Source: the human T2T-CHM13v2.0 reference genome, Homo sapiens. Taken from it: 64,000 nt of DNA. Position 1 is the stretch's first letter. Each line of letters starts with the position of its first letter. A model generated the notes under the pieces. The model saw nothing but the letters and a program-made list of their open reading frames with translations, was not told where the DNA came from and made no database searches. A program made the position numbers and the translations under genes. This document shows positions 42,291 to 54,673 of this stretch, piece by piece. Where the stretch lies: assembly GCF_009914755.1 (NCBI RefSeq), contig NC_060930.1, one strand, 5' to 3'.

Positions 42291-42311
42291 TTCAGCACCT
42301 CGGTCAGCGCC
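42291..42311 (+). promoter_or_regulatory. RE1/NRSE (REST-binding) element
   Basis: TTCAGCACCTCGGTCAGCGCC versus canonical TTCAGCACCACGGACAGCGCC: 19/21 identical with canonical spacing. Confidence 0.85.
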
Positions 42312-42551
42312 ACAAGGCTGGGTCCCGATGCCTTTCATCTGCTGTGCCTGTGCTGAGACCACAAGACAACATACTGAAACCAGGAAGAGCTGCCCCAAAT
42401 TCTCAGACACTGCTCTGAGGAAAAAACTGTCCCTTAGAGTGAGGAAAAAAGGAGGAAAAAGGGGCTGGTCGGCCAGGCCTGGCACCCTGAAGTGGGGCGG
42501 GCAGAGTCCGTTGGGGGAAGAGCACCTCAGGGGACCAACCAAGGCACTGAC

Positions 42552-43070
42552 CTTGAAGAGGCGAAGGATGTTGGCCACCATGATGGAGACCGAGCTCCCT
42601 GAAGCACCGATGACACCCACCACACGTTCAGGCTTGGTGATGATGGGTGGGCCGCCACTGCCACAGCGGACCTCTGTGCCATCCTTCTCGATGAGCGCCT
42701 GCACAAAGGTCAGCGACTGCTCGAGGGCATGGGTGTCCCTGGAGCAGGTGTCCAGAATGCGGGCGCCCAGCGTGATGTTAGGCAGCAGGTCCGGGTCGTT
42801 GTTGATGCGATCCAGGGCGAACAGCATGGCCTCCAGCCGGTGGATGCCCTTTTCCTTCTTAAGTTCTCCACAGGGCTTGCCCTCTGAGCCCCGGCCATGC
42901 ACCGGGAACAGGCCTCCCAGTGTGATGTCCCCATCTATGCGGATGGAATTCATGTGAGGGTGGCCTTTGGGCTTTCCCAGGGAGGAAGGCATCCAGGGGC
43001 CGTAAAGGCTGAGGAGCAGGCAAAGGGGCAGCCGGGCCCACCACCAGCCCAAGCCTCTCTTCCCAGGCAT
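42552..43070 (-). CDS. GRM4: Metabotropic glutamate receptor 4, first coding exon (aa 1-173: signal peptide and N-terminal part of the Venus flytrap domain)
   Basis: Translation [24 protein letters not shown]...[12 protein letters not shown]...[36 protein letters not shown]...[24 protein letters not shown] is the mGluR4 N-terminus (K74, R78, C136, S159 at the expected positions). 519 nt ending in phase 0 at donor AAG|GTCAGT (GT at 42551-42550). Confidence 0.99.
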
Positions 43071-43433
43071 CTCGGAAATCCCTAGAGACCCATGAACGGC
43101 AGGCCCACTCCTAGCCCTGGCAGGCCCCTGGCCCCACGGCCTGGGTGGGCATGGGCAGGGCAGCTTCAGCAGCAGGGGGACTGAGGGCAGCCAACCGCGT
43201 AGCCCATGCTGCTACCCTCTCCCACCTCCTTGTCACTCGGGCCAAGCACAGTTGCCCGCACAGTCCAGGCCCACAGACAGCAGGCAGTGGCCGGGGTTGC
43301 AGGAAGGCTCTGATCCTTGTCCCGTCCTGCAGGCCTGTTCTCGGTGGATGACTGTGGAAAGGGCAGAATGCTCCTAGCTTGGCGTATCTTGGCATCAAGG
43401 AGAAAACAGCTCCAATCCTCTCCTCCTACCAAC
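43071..43433 (-). other. GRM4: 5' UTR portion (363 nt) of the first coding exon of GRM4
   Basis: Strong acceptor on the minus strand: long polypyrimidine tract ttctctctctctcttccccttctaAG (AG at 43435-43434) upstream of the ATG at 43070. Confidence 0.85.
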
Positions 43434-45664
43434 CTTAGAAGGGGAAGAGAGAGAGAGAATATCAAACAGAAGCCCAAAGAAGACATTAGCTAGTCTCATC
43501 TCTCATCAGGAGCCTGAGAGAAGGAGATGCTAGAGGTTATCGCCGAAGATTCCATAAATCTCCTGAACTTGGTTTCCTCTCCGCCATTGCTCAAATCTGG
43601 CTTAAATGGGAGAGTGTATGGCAGAAATTAGGTCATGTTTGAAGCTTCCTAAGGCCTGTACCCACTGCTATCAGTAGCCCGGGCATCAGAGAGCACAATC
43701 CCCAGGAACAGCCTCGAACTGGCTTGGAAGGAAGAGGGGCCTTCCTCAACACATCCACATGAAGGAGAGCAAGAAACAGGTCCTATGGGCCCAATCCCAT
43801 TACAGAGATGAGGAAACTGAGGCCCAGAGCAGGAGAGCATTTTGCCTGAGTCACGCAGGGAGTGTGCAGTTTAATTACAAGCTCAGATAAAGCTTGGACA
43901 ATGCCTACTGCAGCCCAGCTTTCCTGCTGTCAGCTCTGGAACCCGAGACACTTTGGCTCTTCCGGGACTCAGAGACCCAGGAACACAAATAAGGCCCCCT
44001 CAAGAAATCATCCTGGAACGCAGTGGTGTAGGCTGGGAGCTGCTCACTCTGAAGGCCAAGGGAAGGCCAGGGAGGAGCTGAGGCTGTGGGGGTTCTGGAT
44101 TTTCATCCTGAATCAGGGAGCGCAAGGTGGACCCTGTACTCTCCTGCTTCCACCCCAGCTACACAGCTACCCCAGGCAGAGCAGGGGAAACCCAGCAGCC
44201 CCTGCATGAGGAGCAGGCCTCCATTCAGCTTGCACATCCTCCCTCCCTCCCTCCCTCCCTGACTTTCTTCATCTCTCCATCTCTCCACTGCTCTTTCTCC
44301 CCACCCCCACTTCCTCCCTCTGAGAGCGGGGCTCGGGTTATGGCCTGAGCTACTGGCACATTATTAAGATCATCATCATCATTATTGTTGTTGTGATTAA
44401 ATATTTATCTGCAAGAGTAGAGAAGAGAACACCAGCCCTTCCTCATTCTCACTGCTAATTTGGGCTAATTTCCCCCCGGGGTTACTTCCCTCAACCCAGC
44501 CTCCCCACTCAAAGCCAGCAACCTCCCTCCCCACCACTTAGGAGGCCACAGGGAGAAGGGATGGAAGCTGAGTCAGGGCTTGGCTGGGGGCCAAACCCAA
44601 GGCCCCCTTCCCCAGGGGTTTGTCAAATGAAGACCAGCAAGCCACTTGTCCATTCTGTGCCTCAGTTTCCCCAAGCAGTTGGAAGAGGAGCTTGTGTTGG
44701 GATTGCGAGGCTTCCCCAGAGATGTGGTCCCTCCATCAAGACCAAGCCGTGGTCTCAGGGTCATCCCTCCCCCGTCATTCCCCCTACAGAATCCCTGACT
44801 GCTCCAGTTCTGGGCCAAGGGGAGGGAAGGAAGCTGCAGTGCCCCAGAGTCCAGCCTCAGCTCCTGAGCTTCTCCAGCCTTCTAGACCCTCATTTCACAT
44901 TTCACCCCTTCCTCAAAATGCTCCCTTCATATTACCTCCTCAGAAACCAAGAATATGGCTACTAATTCTCCCTGGCCCCATGCTGCAGGTGAACCGGTAG
45001 CCCAGAGGTATCACATAATTCTCCCAAAGTCACACAGCAAATCAAGATGCATCCAGGACTAGAAGCCATGTCAGCCACACTGGGAAGCCCCAGCGAAGCT
45101 GACAGAAAGTTTCATAATACCACCCTCTCCCCTGGAGCCAGGAGCCAGGGACCTAGGACTAGGGGCCAAGGCCAGTGCTTTGAGGAAGGCTTAAGAGCCA
45201 TTAAAATACAAGGCGGGGAGCTGCACCTGTATGGAGCTGTCATCATCACTCATTCCTTCCTGTGAATGAATTTATCAGATCTCTGTCCTAGATGGCTATG
45301 CATAGTGACAGGAGGTGGGGTATGAGTTGCTGATGCAAGTACCAGGTAATTCAGAAGAGAGAAACCATAAGAGCCATAGACGAATCTCATGGTCCTGCTG
45401 CAGTAGCTAGAGATAAGGCACATCCCTGCTAGTTCTCAGGAAAATCTGTAAAATGGGTGAGTTGGAGTGAAATCCAATCTGGGGGCCATACTGCCCCTGC
45501 TGACAAATTTTCAGTTGTTGCAATGATGGAGGAGAATCGGCTACTAGCCCGTGTGCAGGCAGGGGGCAGAGATGCTAACTGGCCAGCTGTGGGTGGGAGA
45601 GCCTGCACAGTTAAACACCATCCTGTCCAAATGCCGACGGTGCCCCGTGGAGAAATCACAGCAA

Positions 45665-45850
45665 AAGACAACCACTGCCATGTGCCAAGCACTGTTCTAA
45701 GTGCTTTACCTACATTTTCTCATGTAATCCCCACATCCCTATGAGCTTCACGGTATTTTTATCCCTATCTCACAGATGAGGAAGCCAAGGCACCAAGTGC
45801 TTAAGCAACATCTAGCCAGGGGCACAGAGCTTGTGCAGGCTGCCCGTGCC
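45665..45850 (-). mobile_element. MIR
   Basis: tgtgccaagcactgttctaagtgctttac...cagatgaggaagccaaggcac. Confidence 0.8.
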
Positions 45851-46120
45851 CCTGGCTGCTCCTCTGTGCTGGCCCAGAGGATCTCTCAGGCCTTGCCAGT
45901 TCTAAGGTCCTGTGAGTTTATGATCGGTTTCCATGAATTTCAAACAGAGGGCTTTTTGGCATCATGACAGGCTGTGTGCTGGGGCTACAGCAGGGCAGAT
46001 TCAGGCTGGGAGACCAATGCACAGCAGCTTTTGAAGTCAGGCCCTGCTTAGGCTTCCAGATCCTTCGTGAGGGCTCACACTGGCTTCTCCTTGAGGCCGG
46101 AGCACGTCTGGGCTGAGCAG

Positions 46121-46135
46121 TGCATGCGCGCGCGC

Positions 46136-46191
<56 letters not shown>
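46121..46191. repeat. (GC)5-6 followed by (AC)27 compound microsatellite
   Basis: tgcatgcgcgcgcgcggacacac...; AC run at 46138-46191. Confidence 0.97.
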
Positions 46192-46193
<2 letters not shown>

Positions 46194-47168
46194 GGAAGGA
46201 CAGATGCCATGGGGGAAGGAGGCCTCCAAGAGGAGAAAGGCAAACACCCGCAGATTAGAATCAAGAGCCTGGAGCCTCAAGCTGGTCAGATCCCCTGCGA
46301 GACTTCCCTCCCACAGGACTGGGTCCCAGCCCCTGCCCACAGGTCCCTATCCACCCCTCAGTCCCACCAGGCCTGCCTTTTCTGAGCTTCTCCAGAGAGC
46401 TGGGCAAGCCACTGCCTCTTTTAGCTTCCCCTCCCTCCTTTGATCATGTAACAGGAACAAGGGAAAAGTAAAAATACCCCATGAGTGAAAGGAGCCACTG
46501 AGAGCAGAGGCAGGGTGTGGTGGGGTGGGTTGGGGTGGGGGCCAGGCGGATGCTCCCTTCCCCCGCAGGGCCTGCTTCCTTCTGCAGAGGGAGGAGCTGG
46601 GGGCACATAGAAGGGGTCCTTCTTTAAAGTCCTTGCCCAGTTTTCAGACACTCCCCCGCCAATTCCAAAATAGCCAGGAGAGCTCAAGCCTGGGTCAGTT
46701 AGGGGCATCCTTCCCCAGGTGAAATCATCGGGATGACTGTGAGTCCAAGCCAGTGTGGGCCCCACCCCCAGACGGGCCTCTTCCCCCTTTCCTTTCCTTC
46801 TCCCTTCCCCACCACCCTCTCCCAGTCTCTCTCCTCTTCTCTGGCTCCACTAGGTTCCTTGGTTCCAGGGGAGGACAGAGCCAGGCATGGAGGAATGAGA
46901 GCCCTGAGGGGCAGGGATGAGAGCGACTGGGTCACCTCCACATAGCAACAGCTCTCAGGCCAACAGTGTTTTCCAGAACATTCTTTCCAGTGAATGGGGA
47001 TGTAAGGGGAGCTGGTGGGGGACAGCTGCAGACTACCCCTTTCCCCAACCAACAGTCAGGGTAAGGGGGATGGGGGAGTCCCCACACATCCCAGCTGGGA
47101 CCTCTCTGTTATCTAGGGCTTTTGTGCAGGAACTCCAGGAACCTGCCTTGTGGCCACTTCTAAGTCCC

Positions 47169-47493
<325 letters not shown>

Positions 47494-49429
47494 TAATATT
47501 AACAAGCAGGACCTTCGTGCTTTTCCAACTTCAATCCTTCCCTCTGCATCCAGGGCCCAAGCCAGAAAGAACCACAAACCACAAAACAACAACCGGATCC
47601 GAAGAGAACTGCTGTGATTTACCAAACCCCCAATTATTTTTCATTGAGTTTCTTTTTATTCTTCCAAAACTAAGAAAATAGAACAAAACCCAAACACCAG
47701 AATAAAGGGTAAATCGAGAGAACAACCTTGTCCTTTGTTTCCCAGGGTCAGGGTCATTGCCAGAGTCCCTGGTTCCTGCTCTTGGCCCTCTGAGGGTCAG
47801 CTCCCATAGGAAAAGGGCTTGGGGACTCAGGCCCGAGCCCCTTGGGGTTCAGCAAAAAGAGCCAGGCCAAGAGCTCCCTCCCACCTTCCTCTCAGCTCCC
47901 AACCTTCCCTGTGTTCCCACCAGCACTTCCTTCATCTCCATTCACCTTTGTCTCTGCAGGGCCCACCCAGCCCAGGTGCTCAGGAGCGCTCTAGAATTGT
48001 GAATGGCTGTGTGGAGTCTGGTTTCAATTCCTGAGCTGTTTAGATGCCTCATCACCCACATCCCACATCTCCCAGAAGGGGGATGGCAGCGCCACTGCCC
48101 CAAAGGGGAAATGAGGGAGAACTGGAGGCCTCTCCCCTCCCCTCAGCTCTGTGACCCCTCTGCTATCCATCCGGGCCCCCACTGGCTGGGCAGAGGTGTG
48201 GTTTGTAGGACAGGACAGGAATCGGGTTGTCAGAACTGTGCCACCCCTGCCAGCTGCACTGTGCGACTCGCAGGCCATGGGGAAGGTGGATGACCAGTTA
48301 GCCCTTCAAATCCTCGCAGCACAGCCCTCCTCGTGCTGACCTCTACAGCCCAGTCCCGCACAGAGCCTGGCATCCCCAGCAGGCTTTGTGGAGGTGAATG
48401 AATGACGTGATGTGAGCCAAATGATTCCAGGGCCTCTCGTTCAAGTAATCTATCTCTGTGTTTAAGGCCCCTTCCATAAGCAACTCTTTAACCCACAGGA
48501 CTGATTCTAATGGTGGAATGTGAGGCATAGTTTCAGGCAGGGAAACTAAGGATTGATTCAGCTATAAGGAGGCATCTTGGAACCTTCAACCCACCCCAGG
48601 CCAGCTGGGGCTTTATTCTGCCTAAAGAGAAGCCCTGCTCCCAGGCAGTCAGCCAGAATGGCCACAGCCGCATGCTAAGAGCTAAGAGCAAGAAGCACAG
48701 TGGGGGTCTGGCCCCAACCGGCTTCCCTTTCCTTCCCCCCTGAGCTGCTCCGGCTCACCAGCCTCGACCAGGAAGCCTCCTGATGTCAGAAATCCCAGAC
48801 CCCAATCCACAAGCTGTCCCCTCCCTGTTCTGCCAAAACAACAGGGCCCTGATTCAGAGGCAACTGGCTCTGTCATGGGCATGGGGTGGAATGCCCCAGA
48901 GGAGAGCAGGGAGGGAAAAAAGGAAGGTAATTCTTAGGGAAAGAGGAAGTAATTCTTTTGCCTAATGCCAGTGTAAACTTGGAGCAGAAAACTTTAAATC
49001 CATTGCCCCTGCCTTCCCCCAACCTATGATTCCCTCCAGCCTCCTCTCTGTGAAGCTCTCCCTTCAAGAAGCAGCTGAGATCCTTCCTCCTCCAGGAAGC
49101 CTGCCCTGATTATTACAATTCTTGTCATCTCCTTCCTCCGCAGTTAATGACACAGAACCTCTCTCATGTTAACAATGACCAGGCTGGGAGCACATTAAAG
49201 GCCTGCATGGACAGCACTGCCCTCATCTCTATGTTCCCCACGCCCAGTCCGAGGTTCAGAACACAGGAAAGACTCAGTAACTGACCAGGCAAAGCCAGCG
49301 CCCTGCCCAGAGCAAAGCCCAGGACAGGGGATCTGCAGCAGTGCGCCCGGTCCAGAGTGGCACTCGGACCTCGCACTGAATTCTCACAACTCTGTTGTGT
49401 GCTCAAGCATAGAAGACAGTCCCCTCTGT

Positions 49430-50020
49430 CACAACCATTCAGTCCCTCGGTGTGACATTCAAAGGTGCTCTGAGCACCCACTGTGCACCAGCCTCTGCTC
49501 TGGGTGGGTGCTGGGGAAACACTGGGAGTGAAACAGGCACCGACGCCTGCCCTCTGGAGCCCACGTCCCAAAGCGGGTGGGCACAGGACGAACAACAAAT
49601 ACCTGAACATATAGATGGCTGGGACTTCAGGGGATCAGGCGATATGAAAAAAAATAAGGCAGATAAGGGGACAGGGAATGACCCAGAAGGGCTTTTTCAG
49701 AAAAGAATAATCAGGGAAGGCTTCTCTGGGGAAGTGGCATTTGATCCTAGAGTAAAAGCAGTGAAGGCATGAGCCATGTGAACATCTGGGAGAAGAGGAT
49801 TCCAAAGAGAAAGAACAGCAAGTGCAAAGGCCCTGAGGTGGGCACAGGCTTGGCACTTGATGTTCGAGAATGAGCAAGGAGGCCAACGTGACCAGGGGGC
49901 AGTGGGGAGAGGGTTGATGCGATGAAGTCAGAGAGGGCCTGGAACACAAGATCAACAGGACCTTATCGACCACGGTGTGGACAGGGAAATGAGGGGCCAC
50001 AGAAGGGTTTGAGCACAGCA
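49430..50020 (-). mobile_element. L2 fragment
   Basis: tcagggaaggcttctctggggaagtggcatttga...agaacagcaagtgcaaaggccctgaggtggg. Confidence 0.8.
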
Positions 50021-53000
50021 CAGGCAGGGACTCATCACCAGAGAAACCTGAGACTTAGAAGGACAGCCACGTGCAAAGGCCACAGCAGCTCACAGCAGCA
50101 AGTCCCATCGACAAGGCAAGCACATCTCATCAGCCCTTGGGCCTCCCTGCTCAGCCTAGAAAATACCCCACCCTGACCTTCCTCCTCTCCCAGAGCCAGG
50201 GGACCAGCCACCAGGCTCACGCTTGCCTGGATCTCCTCCATCCAGCAAGCCCCAACCATGCAGACCCCCAGGCCTCTCCTCCCCATCCCTACATGCCGCC
50301 ATCTCTAGTTTTCCAGCACAAGACCCAAGTGGGCAAGTGTCTTTGTTTGCAGCTGTTACTATTTTGGCCTTCGCCACTAATACTGCTTCTTCCTCTCTCC
50401 TCCCTCTTCCTGTCCCCTCAACAACCCAGCACTGCCCTGGAAAGCAGGGGCCACTGGCTTAGCCCAATCAACATCCAAACTGCACCGCATGAATATAACT
50501 GTGGTTGGTGGGGAGACTTCCATCCCTCGGCTGCACCGAGGTCAGGCACTGAAAAGAGGCAGTGAGTGATACCTGAGAAGCAATCACCCTCCACAAGCTT
50601 AGGAATCAGGTCGAGTCTCCAATCTTTATTTCTATATTTAAACCTAAAAATAACCCTGTAGCAATGACAGAGTTTTTACTAGAAGTCATGCCCCTAACCA
50701 GGAAATAGATCCAGGGGCTAGCTTGTGTCACCCTAAGGAACAGAGGGGTGGCTGGGAGAGCCAAGTGTGAAGGACTGGGTGGAACCCAGACCTCCTGGTT
50801 CCCATGCTGGTGGCCCAGCCCGGGGAGAGCAGCTGCCCAGGCTCTCCTGGGACTCACCATCATCACCACCAATGGGCGACCAGTGCCTTCTCGGGAGAAC
50901 TGAGAGCCTTAGCTAGACACCACGGCCTGCCTGTCAGCATGGCTCGGCCCCAAATGGCGTGGGCTGGCATTATGGGCTGGCATTTCCCAATTACCACAGA
51001 TAATATCTACCTTAATTGAATGGGGTCCAGATAATGTCATTATGCACTGCGTTCCCCAATTTATTTAATATACGTGTGTACACATACATTGATGCCTCAC
51101 TGCTGCCACGAGATTGCTAAATGGTGAGGTTAATAATAAAACATTTTGACAGGAGTCATCAGCTTTAATTTAAGGGGTGATTTTTACTATCCTTGTGGTG
51201 CTCGTTTTTCCAAGGAGCCAAGAGAAACATGGACAGACTGGAACAGTCTCTCGGGCCTGCAGTCGAGGGGCGGGGGTGGGCAGGGCCGCGGGGTGGGCTG
51301 GCTGCTAGCTAGCAGGCTTCATCTCTTCTAAGCAAGTTCCATTGACATGCCTCCCTTCCAGGAGCAGGCTCAGGCAAGGCAAGCCAGGTGGAGGGGAGAA
51401 GTGGGAAACCAAGGCAGAAGCCCCCAGGGCAGGCAGGGAGAAGGAATTAGTTGTGAAGGAGGAACTACCAGCCTCAGGTTCATCTGGGAGGCAGCAGGGA
51501 GAGGGAGCCCAGAGAGAGTACACAGAGAGAGGAGAGACATAAACAGCTCGCAGGACCAAGAAAAAGCAGCCTGCACTCTACAGGGACCAAAGGCAGCAAA
51601 ACCCTCTAACTTAATTTTTTATAGTCCCCTGCTAACTACAGCAGAGGTGACACTTAAGAAAATGAGCCCTCTCCGTTCTTTCCAGGAGCCATCAGTCTGA
51701 GTGGGAGTGACAGAGAGCTGGTGTCCAGTGCTCCAGGCCCATGCCCACCAGTGCAAGCCCCTTAGGCCCGCCAAGACAGCCAGCAGCTCTTCTGCAGCCC
51801 CGGTGAGTGGGGCCAGAGCTCCAATGCCAGCTCCCCACATGCCTTCTTCAGGAGGCAAAGGCAGCCGCCACTCTGCAGAAATGAGATAACCTGCCAGCCA
51901 ACAGCCGGCAGGCCCAGCTGTCCAGGCTGCCAGTGCGTCCTGCCCACTGGAAAGTTGGGTTCTAGACCGAGCAGAGGAGGACAGTGGGGTGGGCAGATAT
52001 CTTGGGGTGGGTGGTAATTAGAGGCTGCAGGCTCCACACTTGTCTAGGAGAGAGGACACGTCTATCGGCTGTAATTATTCAGCTAAGGAGCCTGTGGGTT
52101 CTGCTCCCATCTTTTGCTGCCAGCTGTCCCCCGCAGCAGGGTGGGGATGGGTGTGGCCACACATCCTGGCGCTGGACTGTGGACCCCTCAGGAAGTGAGT
52201 GGGAGCTGCAGAGCCCTTCTAGGCCTGAACCCGGCCCCCTGACCCTTCTGGCTAGCACACTGCTCAGTTCCAGTTTCACTCGATCGCTCACCCGCTCGCT
52301 CTCTCACCTACCTCGGGCTGCCTGCCGCTGTGCAAGGCGCTCCCTCTCAGAGAAGTCACGCCTCCAACGGAATGAAGCCGCCCAGACGCAGGTTGGGGGA
52401 GGAGGGAGGAGGGGGGGAGGAGGAGCGGCCTACGCAAGGCCACTGAGGCCCAGAAAGCAGCTCAACTCCTGACATGCTCCCGCCTCCCCTCCGCCTGCTC
52501 AGGACCTGTGCTTGGTGACGAGCTACATGCTGCCACCCCCCCACCAATATATCTCGCTCCTGAAAATGCCTAAGAATCCATGAGTAGGGTAGAGCACTCC
52601 TTTGGGTTAAGCCTTGGCATCTTCCTCTCCCGTCTCTCTTAAATGCAGATGCCCCTGGAAAGGGTAGTCCCTGAAGTGGCTAAGGTGCGGGGTGTGGGGG
52701 GGATAACTTTTGAGGTATTTTTGTCCCTGACAGGTGTGAAGGTATTGGCAGGTAGGCAAAAGCTTATGTGTAAAAGGACAGAAGTTGGAGGAACATAAAG
52801 ACAGTGGCCACCCAATTCACAAGCGGACATCACGCCCAGCCCAGTGCTGAGCAGAGGCTTGGAGGCACCATCCTCAAAGCCCCCCGCCCACCGCACCCCA
52901 AGGACAGGATCTGACTAAGGGCTGGTGAAGCCCTCCAGGAAGTGAGAGAGGGGACAAGGCTCCAACCTCCACTCTCCACCGCAGCCAGGCCCATTTCGAG

Positions 53001-54673
53001 AGCCGGTTCAGCAGTCCCCAGGGCCTGCCAAGAAGAGGTGACGAGGCCCCTGCGCTATGGGTGCTCACACCCCAGAGTACCCAGAGGCCTCTGCGGAAGT
53101 TCTGCCACCTCCGAAAGGGCTCCTGCTAGTCCTCCCCTCTTCATGAAAGCTTCCCCCTACCCTAGGCCGGAAGGCCCTGAGGCCCTTCTGGGCTCTGAGG
53201 AGCTGAGCATGCAGAACCAGAGCCTGAGGTTCAGCATCCCATTGGGATCCGGGGGAAAGTGGGGCTAGCCCAGGACGCATCCCGGGAGTGTGGGCAGATG
53301 GGTATGAGAGCATTCTTCACGTCCACCATTGGCTGGCCCCGGGGCGGGAGGCTGAGCGCTGCAGAATGGCAGGGTGTGGGATGGGGTGCTCCGTATGGAG
53401 ACCCTGGGAGCACTGGTCTCCCTGCCTGCCCTAGGCCCCCACTCACCCCAGAACGGACAAGGCGAGGGACTATGATGGGAACATACATGCCCCTCCCTCC
53501 CTGTCACTTCGGGCTTTCTGCCAGATTGACACAGGGGCAGCCACCGCTCTGAGAGACACGTGGCTTCGGGCACCCAGCTAGGCAAGCCCAGCTCAGTCGG
53601 TGTCCGGAAAGGCCGCGTTCTCCCGCGCCAGGGGCCGGCAATGGTGCGGAGAGGGGAGAAAGAAGCAAGGCGCCTCCTCCGACAGGGACTGAAAGTCTGA
53701 GGGCGGGATGTCACTCAAGGCCTAGGGGCAGGGGGCGCTCGTACGTTCGGGCCTCAGGACTCCCTGCCGCCGCCGATGCTGCTGCCCCATCTCAGCACAA
53801 ACAGCCTCAGACCGCCCTGGTGCGGGGGCGCCTCTCGCAGTCGAGGCCTCCACCTCCCGGCCCCGCCCCCGCGCGGGGAGGAGACGCCTCCCACCTGCGA
53901 GCGCCGGGGAAGACCGACCCCGGAGCGGGGACCCCCAGCACACACGCGCGTACACACATGCACACACAGAGACCACTGCCGGTCCGCTCGCCCGGCGGCC
54001 GCGTAGACGCGCAGGTTCATCACGGTCCCGGGGAGGGACGGTCCCGAGTGTCCGGAGAGAGCCTGACCCTGAAGTCCTGGGGCTGCAGGGAGACCCCAGA
54101 CCCTAGAGACCCCCACAACCTGCCGAGGCCACGGGCAAGCGGTTGCCGGGCTCCGGCCGCTGGCGAAGGCGGCGCTGGGGCGGGCACGGGAGCTGGACGC
54201 GGTGCCTGGGAAAGGAGCCGAGGCGCGCGAGGCTGGGTGCCCTCCCGCCGGGAGACTGCCGGGAAGAGGTGCAAATAATGCCCCGCGCCCCCGCCTGTCC
54301 CGCCTCTCCGCAGACCGGGATGCGCTAATGCCGCCGCCCCCACCTGAAAGCTGGCACGACCCTCCATCCGGTGGAAGCCCCTGTATACAGAGACAGTACT
54401 TTCCACCGGGCCCGCAAAAAAGCCTCTGCCCCATTCCCTCCCTCAGGGGCACCCGGAAAGCCTGCCTTAGCCCCGAGGGGAGACCCTCTAGTTCAGATCC
54501 CGCGCCCTCCGGCCCCTAGGGCTCCGGGGGCGCCAGCTCTCCTCGGAGCACTCCAAGCGCGGGAGCTCGCCGGAGGCCACCTCCCCGAGCCCCGATGTCC
54601 CCGCCGCAGCCCTCGCCCCAGGAGGCCGGAGGGCACGGTCCCCTCTGTCGGTCCCCCTCGGGCCACAACTCAC

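Noticed and set aside
42183-42551. 122-aa read-through extension of the first coding exon (295-aa ORF)
   Set aside because: Homology to mGluR4 stops exactly at the GT donor. The extension is intronic and I see no nearby poly(A) signal supporting a secreted truncated form.
42253-42957. 234-aa plus-strand ORF antisense to the GRM4 coding exon
   Set aside because: Expected shadow ORF of a GC3-rich coding exon. It has a non-ATG start and no recognisable domain.
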